From an uncultured virus (IMG/VR IMGVR_UViG_3300009168_000043) (Duplodnaviria > Heunggongvirae > Uroviricota > Caudoviricetes), in the IMG/VR virus record IMGVR_UViG_3300009168_000043: DNA of 20,000 nucleotides. One strand, written 5' to 3'. The position numbers were made by a program, and so were the translations under genes. Shown here piece after piece: positions 1-7,519 of this stretch (position 1 is the first letter of the stretch; each line of letters opens with the position of its first letter). Below the pieces are notes generated by a model. It worked only from the letters and a program-made list of their open reading frames with translations. It was not told the DNA's origin and made no database searches.

Positions 1-241
1 GGGTACCTCGGAATCACGTGAAGGAGCAGAAGAAGTGTTAGGCCCGTGAAGATCTCCCGTGAGTGTCTTCACATAGTGCATCTGGATGGTCTCGAAGACA
101 CACAACGGATGCAAGTACGGAGACGATAACCGTAGAAGCTGAGGTGCACCGCTGTGGTAAGCCCTCTCGAACCGTGTGGTCTCAGACGTGTGCAGACTGA
201 GAGGCGCTTCTGGATTACACCCGGTATCTACTCCTTCGTAA

Positions 242-270
242 AAAGGAGGGATCTAACCAATCCCTCCTTT
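242..270 (-). terminator. Rho-independent terminator downstream of the 295..930 gene
   Basis: Perfect 11-bp inverted repeat AAAGGAGGGAT (242-252) / ATCCCTCCTTT (260-270) with a 7-nt loop, running into a T-tract on the minus strand, about 25 nt after the stop at 295. Confidence 0.75.
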
Positions 271-294
271 CTGTGTTGTTTTCCGAAGTGTACC

Positions 295-930
295 TTAGGC
301 CTTTGCTTCTGTACCTTCGGTTTCTTTGTTAGCTTCCGGGGCCTGTACCGGTTCGATGGGTGCCGGAACGAAGAGGTTGATCTCTTCCTCGAACCTGTAA
401 ACCCTGTTACCGTTGTCCCCTAAGATCTTGGCTTCCTGACGAGGAGCTCCTTTGTGTTTGTACTTAGCCTCGTCGTAAAATTGGAAGATGCGTTGTACCG
501 TACCCAGGCAGGTCTTGTTTGTGCCCTTTTCGGTGTAGGTGACCCGGGCGAGAGGGTTTTCCTTGGTGCCGGCCCGGATTCCCTTGGTGTCGATCGTGAA
601 GGCCGGAATGGTGAAGGTGGTCTCACCTGGCTTCTTCTTTTCGATCTTTTCAACGGGAGCTTCAGGAGCATCGGGAGCTTTTTCTTCGGGAGCTTTTTCT
701 TCGGGTGCGGAAGATCCTTCGGTTGTTCCAGTGGTGGCATCGCTAGCCACACCGGCCTGAAGGGTTTCTACTGCTCCCTGTGAAGCTTCCTTAGGTGCGC
801 TAAGGCCAGCCATCCGGGTCTTCAACTGTTGCTTCTGGACTGCGGTCAGGTTTTTTACTGCCATTGCCACTGTACACTCTTCCATTGTCATCTTAGAGAT
901 GGCGTCTTTTGTAACGTTCTTTGCTTCCAT
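295..930 (-). CDS. Hypothetical protein, 211 aa, with an A/E/P/K/T-rich low-complexity linker (PEEKAPEEKAPDAPEAP)
   Basis: Long ATG-initiated ORF with an A/T-rich leader, upstream tandem promoter-like repeats and a downstream terminator. No recognisable domain. Confidence 0.8.
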   Translation of the reverse strand: MEAKNVTKDAISKMTMEECTVAMAVKNLTAVQKQQLKTRMAGLSAPKEASQGAVETLQAGVASDATTGTTEGSSAPEEKAPEEKAPDAPEAPVEKIEKKKPGETTFTIPAFTIDTKGIRAGTKENPLARVTYTEKGTNKTCLGTVQRIFQFYDEAKYKHKGAPRQEAKILGDNGNRVYRFEEEINLFVPAPIEPVQAPEANKETEGTEAKA

Positions 931-952
931 AATGATAATTAATTAATGATGA

Positions 953-1216
953 GTAAATATAACAATATTCTCCGGGATAAAAAAATCCGGATGAACTTTT
1001 TTTGCAACTTTTTTTCCAGTATGTCAAAGACCTTTTTGTTCCATTTTCGATAAGTAAAGGTAACCATTTTCTCCGGGATAAAAAAACTTTTGGTGAACTT
1101 TTTTTAAACTTTTTTTGGTGACCTTTAAAAGAACTTTTTGTTTTATTCCAATGATTAAAAGTAACCATTTTCTCCGGGATAAAAAAACTTTTCGGCAACT
1201 TTTTTTGGTCTTTTTT
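953..1216 (-). repeat. Three imperfect tandem ~101-bp units with core TTCTCCGGGATAAAAAAA, probably tandem promoters facing the 295..930 gene
   Basis: CTCCGGGATA starts at 970, 1071 and 1172, an exact 101-bp period. Each unit carries AACTTTTTTT tracts. On the minus strand each core is followed by TATATTTA, TACCTTTA or TACTTTTA, resembling the Bacteroidota TAnnTTTG -7 element. Confidence 0.75.
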
Positions 1217-1228
1217 AAAATGTGTGAC

Positions 1229-1341
1229 GGCCCAGACGGCGTCTGTCTGTCGTGAGCCGCGGCTACCGTCTGCTGCGATGGGTCCGGAGGGTGCTGTCTG
1301 GGCCTCTATTATAAGCTGTCAGGCCTGACGGCGCTGACAGC
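1229..1341. other. GC-rich palindrome/inverted-repeat cluster, non-coding
   Basis: GGCCCAGACGGC (1229-1240) pairs with GCTGTCTGGGCC (1293-1304). Palindromes AGCCGCGGCT (1255-1264) and GTCAGGCCTGAC (1318-1329). GCTGTCAG (1315-1322) pairs with CTGACAGC (1334-1341). Confidence 0.55.
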
Positions 1342-1668
1342 GCTTAGCCTTTTTAATTTTTTTCTGGAAATTTTTTCGAGAGCTCTGTAGCCCTTTAGGT
1401 CTGTAGTTATATAGCGTTTATGTGTCTATATGTATATGTGATCGTTTTGGGATATATTTGTCTCTGTGCGATTTTCGTAGGTAGTTCTTACCTCTGTCTG
1501 AGAATGTGATGTTTTTGTGTCTAGAAAAAAATCCCGGGAAATTTTTTTTGGATCTGCAGCCTTTGCGACATCTGTAACTGTTACGAAACCGTTAATGTTT
1601 GATTAAAAAACGATTAATGTAAAAACCTTTTAGACAATACGTTATATATAACATAAAATCTTATATGT

Positions 1669-1914
1669 ATGAAGTTAGCAGTTGTGGTGATGTTGTTAGG
1701 AGTTTGTAGTAGGAGTGTTGTTATAGTAGATTCCAAGACTGGAGAGTCGTTGGTTGGAGTTGGGGTGGTGTGTGGTAGAGACACTTTGTTCTCTGACATG
1801 GATGGTTGTGTGAGTGTGGGGATTGGAGTAGATAGTGTTTGTGTATCGTATGTAAGTTATGAGGGTGGGATGGTAGAAGTGAGAGACACTGTTAGGATGG
1901 TGGTTGTGAAGTGA
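1669..1914 (+). CDS. Small putatively exported protein with a CarboxypepD_reg-like (SusC/TonB-receptor N-terminal-type) domain
   Basis: Hydrophobic N-terminus, then VIVDSKTGESLVGVGV...SDMDG...VSYVSY, matching the D-x-x-TGE-x-L-x-G-x-x-V / (T/S)D-x-DG / S-x-x-(G/S)Y pattern. ATATATAA at 1644-1651 upstream. Confidence 0.65.
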   Translation: MKLAVVVMLLGVCSRSVVIVDSKTGESLVGVGVVCGRDTLFSDMDGCVSVGIGVDSVCVSYVSYEGGMVEVRDTVRMVVVK

Positions 1915-2380
1915 TGTCATCATCGAGTGCATAGATTGTGAAATCTGATGTGTGTTCGTCGTTTGTGTACTTTGTGTAGATCATTTTCACGGCCTGTCTG
2001 TTTCTGTTGTAGATCATTTTGACGATCGTTTTTTTTGTAGTGTCTTCTTCGTTTTTTGTGTAAGTGTGTTCTTCGGTTATCGTGTCGTTATCTGGAGTAA
2101 AGAGTGAGTTTAGGAATCTTATCTGTGAGACGTTCAGGTGGTTGACTTTTGTTAGGAGTATGTTTTCTGGTTTTGTTTTGAGTAATCGAGTGATGTCTGG
2201 TAGAACGGAAAGGTTTTTTGTTTCGTTTGCGTGTTTGAGGTTTTCGTACTGGTTTTCTTCCATCATTTTTTTCAGAGTGTCTGATGCCAGCTGTACAGCT
2301 TTTCTTCCTATTCCTATACTAGATAGTCCGAATTCTTTGTCCTGTTTTATCTCGTTGATCGATTCCCTTACTAGTTTCAT
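1892..2380 (-). CDS. NEIKQ-leader family protein (member 1)
   Basis: N-terminus MKLVRESINEIKQDKEFGLSSIGIG; ATATATAA motif at 2391-2398 (minus). Confidence 0.9.
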   Translation of the reverse strand: MKLVRESINEIKQDKEFGLSSIGIGRKAVQLASDTLKKMMEENQYENLKHANETKNLSVLPDITRLLKTKPENILLTKVNHLNVSQIRFLNSLFTPDNDTITEEHTYTKNEEDTTKKTIVKMIYNRNRQAVKMIYTKYTNDEHTSDFTIYALDDDITSQPPS

Positions 2381-2537
2381 GGTGTTTGTTTTATATATTT
2401 AAGGGTTCGTACGTCGCCGGGAACCGTTGGACGTCTTTGGTGATAGAGGGGCTCCAGAGGCGAAGAGAAGGGTGAGAGACGCGTTTTGGGAGTCTTAGAG
2501 ACTGAAAGATATATATTTTATATAACGTGATAGTACA

Positions 2538-3623
2538 ATGAAAGCAAGGTTAATCGTAAACGAGATAAAACAGGGGTTGGGTTCTGGAATGGAAGGTATT
2601 GGTGTGGGCAGGTCTGCATTGAGCAAGGGATACAAGAAGATGAAGGAAGTCTTCCCTGGTATAGAAGAGTTCGAGATACCGTTGGTAGAATTCGAGTGGT
2701 TTAAAGCGAGCGGCACTTTCTTTGGTAGTTTCGAGAGTGAAGAAGATGTGACTATAAGTCTTAGTCGTGATGAGATGGAAGACGTATCGTCGATATCTGG
2801 AATACCGTTAAAAGATTTGGTCTACATAGATCCTGCTCACTACAGTCAAAAGTTTGCTGAAGATGCCACCATAGAGGGATTGTTACCGCTTAGTCAGTAT
2901 TTGGATAGGTGTGATCACGTTAAGGTAGAGCTTAACACTAACGATCCACGTAGGATGTTAGAGAATAACAGTGTCGTGAGGTTTACGTTTGTGTGGTGGG
3001 AATCTGCGAGGTTTGGATACCTCGTGATAGAGAACGGCACGTACATTTTCTTGGTGTACGAAAGACAAAACGTATCAGAGAGGAGGGTAAACGAGATAAG
3101 GACTGAAACAGAAGGTTCTGGTCTGGGGGCGATAGGTGCTGGTAGGGTTAAGATGTTATTTTCTGACTTTCTTAAGTCGTACGATCCATCGTTCAAGTTT
3201 AGAACCACGTTAGATAAAGATACGTTTCCAGGATCAACAGAAGATTTTTCTGTAAATTGCGCGAATCTAGCTGCTGAAGAGTTAGGAGTTTCTTTTAACA
3301 GGATTAAAAGAAAGGATTACGATTATATAACAGGACCTGCAAAGGTGGAGCTTAGGAAGATAATAGCTAATCCAGAGACCACCAAGCGTGATGTGATAAT
3401 ACAGCATCAGGACTTTAAAGAAGAAAAAGAGTATTCTGATGATGGAACATCTGTATCTGTTAAAGCAGTTCCAACAGGAAGCTATTCCAACATTAAAGTT
3501 ACGATAGTGAAGAATTTAGATCGTGGAGTAGTGATGTTACAGTATGACCTCAACGAAGAAGACGTTATGGATGACGATTACGATGTAGACCTGTACGATC
3601 ACGATGTTTACATGATAGTGTAA
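2538..3623 (+). CDS. NEIKQ-leader family protein, two-unit fusion (member 2)
   Basis: N-terminus MKARLIVNEIKQGLGSGMEGIGVG; internal second leader RRVNEIRTETEGSGLGAIGAG at about nt 3081-3143. Confidence 0.9.
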   Translation: MKARLIVNEIKQGLGSGMEGIGVGRSALSKGYKKMKEVFPGIEEFEIPLVEFEWFKASGTFFGSFESEEDVTISLSRDEMEDVSSISGIPLKDLVYIDPAHYSQKFAEDATIEGLLPLSQYLDRCDHVKVELNTNDPRRMLENNSVVRFTFVWWESARFGYLVIENGTYIFLVYERQNVSERRVNEIRTETEGSGLGAIGAGRVKMLFSDFLKSYDPSFKFRTTLDKDTFPGSTEDFSVNCANLAAEELGVSFNRIKRKDYDYITGPAKVELRKIIANPETTKRDVIIQHQDFKEEKEYSDDGTSVSVKAVPTGSYSNIKVTIVKNLDRGVVMLQYDLNEEDVMDDDYDVDLYDHDVYMIV

Positions 3624-3624
3624 T

Positions 3625-4092
3625 TCAAGGTCTTCTAAAACATATGTAGCTCATCCACTTTCCGTTCTCATCTGTGTAAGATAGGTAAGATACCCCGTAT
3701 AAGTTGTTAGAAAGCAGTGTGACTGGCAGTTTAACGTTGGGGTAGTTAATGTTGAAAGTTATCTGGTTAAGCTCGTCTTTGTGATTGCCAGAAAGTCCCA
3801 TTAGAACTATCACGTAGTCAAGCACCTTGACTGGTACCTTGTTTGTTTCTATGCAAACGATGTTTTTTGTAGAAGTATCTAAGGCTTTAGCTATCTTGCT
3901 TGGAATCTTCTTCATTTCTTTTTCGTAGGGCCAGTTTGTGCTGTTAAGGGGTTTGAGGTCTCCTATCGTGGAATCTATTTGAACGGCCATCGTGTATGCT
4001 TTATAAAAAGACACTGCACCCACTCCTATAGAAGAAAGTGCCGATTCTCTGTCTTGTCTTATTTCGTTAAGTGATTCTCTTACCAGTTTCAT
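3625..4092 (-). CDS. NEIKQ-leader family protein (member 3); start moved from 4128 to the ATG at 4092
   Basis: MKLVRESLNEIRQDRESALSSIGVG begins at 4092, matching the paralogs and removing the overlap with the upstream gene. Confidence 0.9.
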   Translation of the reverse strand: MKLVRESLNEIRQDRESALSSIGVGAVSFYKAYTMAVQIDSTIGDLKPLNSTNWPYEKEMKKIPSKIAKALDTSTKNIVCIETNKVPVKVLDYVIVLMGLSGNHKDELNQITFNINYPNVKLPVTLLSNNLYGVSYLSYTDENGKWMSYICFRRP

Positions 4093-4106
4093 CTTTTTTA
4101 ATTTTT

Positions 4107-4619
4107 TTATTCGAACGGTATACACCATCCAGATATCTCGTTTTTTTCCTTACGTAGACCTTCTGCTGTGTAGTAGTGTTCTACGTACCACAGGTATGCA
4201 GTCTTTCTTTCTGGATCTGATTTTATCAGTGTGATTGCACCATCGTAATCGTTACCTTTTCCACTGTTGTTCATGTAAATGTAGGTTGGATTATCATCGG
4301 ATGAAGTGTCGTAAGACGGGTATAAACTACGTAGGAAAGCTTTCAAAGCGGGTGGTGCTGTCCATTCGGCTATCCAAATCATTTTATCTGTTGAAGTGCC
4401 AAGCGTTTTCGATATCTTTTCTGTCCATTCTGCTGCCAGTTTTTTGTTCTTAACCACAGAAAAACGTAAATAGACTGTAATGTGATCGGGTTTTATGTTC
4501 CATCTTTTTAGTATGGTTTTATACACGGATAAAGCTGCTTCTTTTCCTATGCCGAGTCCAGCCAGGCCAGATTCTTTATCTTGTCTTATTTCGTTTAGTG
4601 ATTCTCTTACCAGTTTCAT
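4107..4619 (-). CDS. NEIKQ-leader family protein (member 4)
   Basis: MKLVRESLNEIRQDKESGLAGLGIG. Confidence 0.9.
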   Translation of the reverse strand: MKLVRESLNEIRQDKESGLAGLGIGKEAALSVYKTILKRWNIKPDHITVYLRFSVVKNKKLAAEWTEKISKTLGTSTDKMIWIAEWTAPPALKAFLRSLYPSYDTSSDDNPTYIYMNNSGKGNDYDGAITLIKSDPERKTAYLWYVEHYYTAEGLRKEKNEISGWCIPFE

Positions 4620-4625
4620 ATTTAA

Positions 4626-5102
4626 TCAGTATTTTAAAAAGAAGAAAGTACAGTATAGAACTGGTACGTTCATCGTTTTATATATGTTGTAAACCGATGC
4701 AGTTACCAATCCCATGGATTCAGAGTAGCGTATGGTTGCATATTTTGTTTTAGATATCGTTATTCTGTATTCCGTTAAATCAAAAGACTTCATAACGTTT
4801 TTTAGACACCATCTTAACATAACAGGTAGTATCTTGTGCACCCGTACCGCGTACATTATCCTTTCGTGTTCATTAAAAAGTCGTATTGCTTCTTCTGATA
4901 TTGTTGGATACATAAGCATTAAGGATTTGTAATAGTGTTTCGCATTGGATATAAGATCAAAGTAGTCTTCGTACTCATCAGGCCACGTCTTAGTTATGTG
5001 TTTGTATGCTTTGTTGATGGCCGTGCTTCCAACACCTATCGTAGATAGAGCAGATTCTTTATCTTGTTTTATCTCGTTAAGATATTCCTTAACTATTTTC
5101 AT
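4626..5102 (-). CDS. NEIKQ-leader family protein (member 5); start moved from 5126 to the ATG at 5102
   Basis: MKIVKEYLNEIKQDKESALSTIGVG begins at 5102; ATATATAA motif at 5116-5123 (minus) lies just upstream. Confidence 0.9.
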   Translation of the reverse strand: MKIVKEYLNEIKQDKESALSTIGVGSTAINKAYKHITKTWPDEYEDYFDLISNAKHYYKSLMLMYPTISEEAIRLFNEHERIMYAVRVHKILPVMLRWCLKNVMKSFDLTEYRITISKTKYATIRYSESMGLVTASVYNIYKTMNVPVLYCTFFFLKY

Positions 5103-5256
5103 TCGATCGTTTGTTTTATATATCAATGAGAATTTGGGTCACAAACCTTCTTAGGTTTAAACCGAATAATAAACTATAGCAGAACGTGATTCTAGTGTGT
5201 TCTGATGGTGAATCATCAATAGGAATATATAAACTATAAAACTTAATATAGATGTT

Positions 5257-5757
5257 ATGAGGGCTAGGTTAGTTAATGAGATAAAACAGGATGTCCACAG
5301 TTTGGGATTGGGACCGATAGGAATAGGAAGATCTAAGATACAAGCTGGATACGAAAAGCTAAAACAGATCTATCCTGAAATAGATAACTATGTCTATCCA
5401 CTGTCAGATTTTAAAGAGATCAAGGTGAATGGATTGATGATAGGTGGCGATAGTGAAGATATGAGCATTGGATTATCTATGAATGAAAAAATGCAGATAT
5501 CAAGTTTCACTGGGTTTCCTATAGAAGATCTTTATTTCGTTGATTACTACATAAACAGTAAGTATGACACCGAAGAGCTTGATGAATTCCTGCGAAGGTT
5601 TGATATAGAGTTTAAAGAGATTAAAAGGGGCACGAAATCCGCTATACATCACTTAGACGAGTGGGAGTTCGAATGGTGTCCAGCTGTAAACATAGGATAC
5701 TTAGAGTTGGGAGACGAACCTCTGATAAGGGTGGTATTCGTCAAGGGAAAGAGTTAA
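5257..5757 (+). CDS. NEIKQ-leader family protein (member 6)
   Basis: MRARLVNEIKQDVHSLGLGPIGIG; body resembles unit 1 of 2538..3623; ATATATAA at 5225-5232. Confidence 0.9.
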   Translation: MRARLVNEIKQDVHSLGLGPIGIGRSKIQAGYEKLKQIYPEIDNYVYPLSDFKEIKVNGLMIGGDSEDMSIGLSMNEKMQISSFTGFPIEDLYFVDYYINSKYDTEELDEFLRRFDIEFKEIKRGTKSAIHHLDEWEFEWCPAVNIGYLELGDEPLIRVVFVKGKS

Positions 5758-5829
5758 AAGTATCACATATTATACTATCAGTAATTTTTAGATGATAGAT
5801 TAAGTTTTTTTTATGAAAAGTATCACATA
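5756..5829. repeat. 14-bp direct repeat AAAAGTATCACATA between convergent genes
   Basis: Exact copies at 5756-5769 and 5816-5829, 60 bp apart, each followed 3 nt later by TACTA. Confidence 0.6.
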
Positions 5830-5834
5830 AGGTA

Positions 5835-6290
5835 CTAATGAGGCACTCTAAGACCATAAAAGCTTTCGGTTTTTTTCCCAAACCCTTCGTATGTTATCCA
5901 AGTCGCACCATACCTTGAGTTAGTCATGTAATCTACATAAGCTGCACCATCAGATGTGCTAAAGTGAGTGGTTTTAAAGTTCTCCCTTACACTAAACACA
6001 ACGTCATCCATGTATTTTATCACATAATCGGGCAAAGTTTTTACATTAACGACAACTATTTTGGACTGAGGATAGTCTAATACTTTTTCTAACTGAGACG
6101 GTAAATCTTTATATATGTCGTTCCAATTCCAGAATTTACTATCTATGGGAAATATCCTGTTTATTTGGTTCCAAAGTTTTTCTACTTCCACGTAAGCTCT
6201 ACACATCACGGTAGATCCAACTCCAATTGCAGATAATCCCGAACCTTTATCTTGCTTTATTTCATATAGGGTTTCCTTTACTATTTTCAT
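5835..6290 (-). CDS. NEIKQ-leader family protein (member 7)
   Basis: MKIVKETLYEIKQDKGSGLSAIGVG. Confidence 0.9.
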   Translation of the reverse strand: MKIVKETLYEIKQDKGSGLSAIGVGSTVMCRAYVEVEKLWNQINRIFPIDSKFWNWNDIYKDLPSQLEKVLDYPQSKIVVVNVKTLPDYVIKYMDDVVFSVRENFKTTHFSTSDGAAYVDYMTNSRYGATWITYEGFGKKTESFYGLRVPH

Positions 6291-6303
6291 TTTTACATTT
6301 ATA

Positions 6304-6768
6304 TTATGGTTTTCTAAATGCGTAATAGTACTGTCTTAAAGATGCATCTTCCACATAATTAAAGTAAACTGCTCCCATTTTTCTGTTGGTGTATACGTTC
6401 ATCATAGTTTTTCTAGAAGATTCCCAATGTAGCTCTACTTGAGACTCTTCCACATCAGGATGATCTCCATTTATAAAAAACACTCTTGAATCTAAATACT
6501 CTTCTATATTGTTAGATATATTGTATAGGTTAACGAGTGCTATATTAGATATAGGCACCTCAAGAAGTTTTACAAGCATCGGTTTGATCACATGCAAAGC
6601 ATCGTTGAATATCCATGCTTTATCATCTAAATTAAGATAGTTTTCGACCTCGTCATTTATGTTAAGAGCTTCTAAATAGGCCCTACACGTGTAAGCTTTT
6701 CCGACTCCGATTGCAGACAATCCTGATTCTTTATCTTGTTTTATTTCGTTTATGTATCTAGCTCGCAT
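6304..6768 (-). CDS. NEIKQ-leader family protein (member 8)
   Basis: MRARYINEIKQDKESGLSAIGVG; ATATATAA at 6782-6789 (minus). Confidence 0.9.
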   Translation of the reverse strand: MRARYINEIKQDKESGLSAIGVGKAYTCRAYLEALNINDEVENYLNLDDKAWIFNDALHVIKPMLVKLLEVPISNIALVNLYNISNNIEEYLDSRVFFINGDHPDVEESQVELHWESSRKTMMNVYTNRKMGAVYFNYVEDASLRQYYYAFRKP

Positions 6769-6781
6769 TGAGATGTTTTAT

Positions 6782-7519
6782 TTATATATCGTTGATTTGT
6801 TTTGCAAACTCGCAGTTTCTACATAAGAGATCACTGTCGTTTTGTACCATAGATAATTCTATTTCTAACCTTTTTTTGTTGAATTCTTCTGAACCGTATT
6901 CGTTTAAAAACACGTTGCCTATCTTGTGTTTAAGAGCCCAATCCATACAACAAAGATAAACATCTCCGTTAGGAAGTATCTGATTACAGTCCCACACGTT
7001 GTTGTTAGTGTAGAAATCACACCGAATCCTACCGAGTTTTCTTTCTACGTAAGTATCTTTTAGATTGCTTGCTCTTGTAAACACTTTGCTTTGTACGCTC
7101 TGCACATCATATCGGTTTATGTTTATTAACCTAACGAATTTTTCTACACTGTTGTAAAAAGATGAATCTCTGTAGTACTTACCGTTAAACTTGTGAAAGT
7201 TAACGTAATTGAAAGTAACGGTATCTTTTAGTCTGTTTATCTTTTCATCTGTTAATCCTATCAACGTCGTAAAGAGATTTATTCTGAACTTTTGTTCGTA
7301 TGCGTGCACCATCATTTCTGCTATTTCTCTATTAAACATGTTCTCGGAGTATCCTGCAAAGTTTATTATAACGTGTTTGCTTATGTTGTCAAGCATGGTT
7401 TTAAACTTATCTATAGAGAGAAGTTTTTCTCCGTAGTAGTTGCTCAGTAATTTATCCTGTGGACAGTACGTACACGAGTTTGGACATCCAACTATCGTAG
7501 TTATATCTACACTCTTCAT
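6782..7519 (-). CDS. Radical SAM protein with a C-terminal SPASM/twitch-like domain
   Basis: CxxxCxxC motif (CPNSCTYC) near the N-terminus; AGYSE(N) corresponds to the GGEP motif; C-terminal C...ILPNGDVYLCCMD...IGNV...CRNC is SPASM-like. Confidence 0.88.
   Translation of the reverse strand: MKSVDITTIVGCPNSCTYCPQDKLLSNYYGEKLLSIDKFKTMLDNISKHVIINFAGYSENMFNREIAEMMVHAYEQKFRINLFTTLIGLTDEKINRLKDTVTFNYVNFHKFNGKYYRDSSFYNSVEKFVRLININRYDVQSVQSKVFTRASNLKDTYVERKLGRIRCDFYTNNNVWDCNQILPNGDVYLCCMDWALKHKIGNVFLNEYGSEEFNKKRLEIELSMVQNDSDLLCRNCEFAKQINDI

Noticed and set aside
154..1198. Alternative ORFs 154..423, 420..752, 454..783, 539..760 and 893..1198
   Set aside because: They are shadow frames of the 295..930 gene or translations of the tandem repeats, with no independent support.
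953..1216. CRISPR array interpretation of the CTCCGGGATA repeats
   Set aside because: The 101-bp period is too long, the intervening sequences resemble each other rather than being unique spacers, and there are no cas genes in the window.
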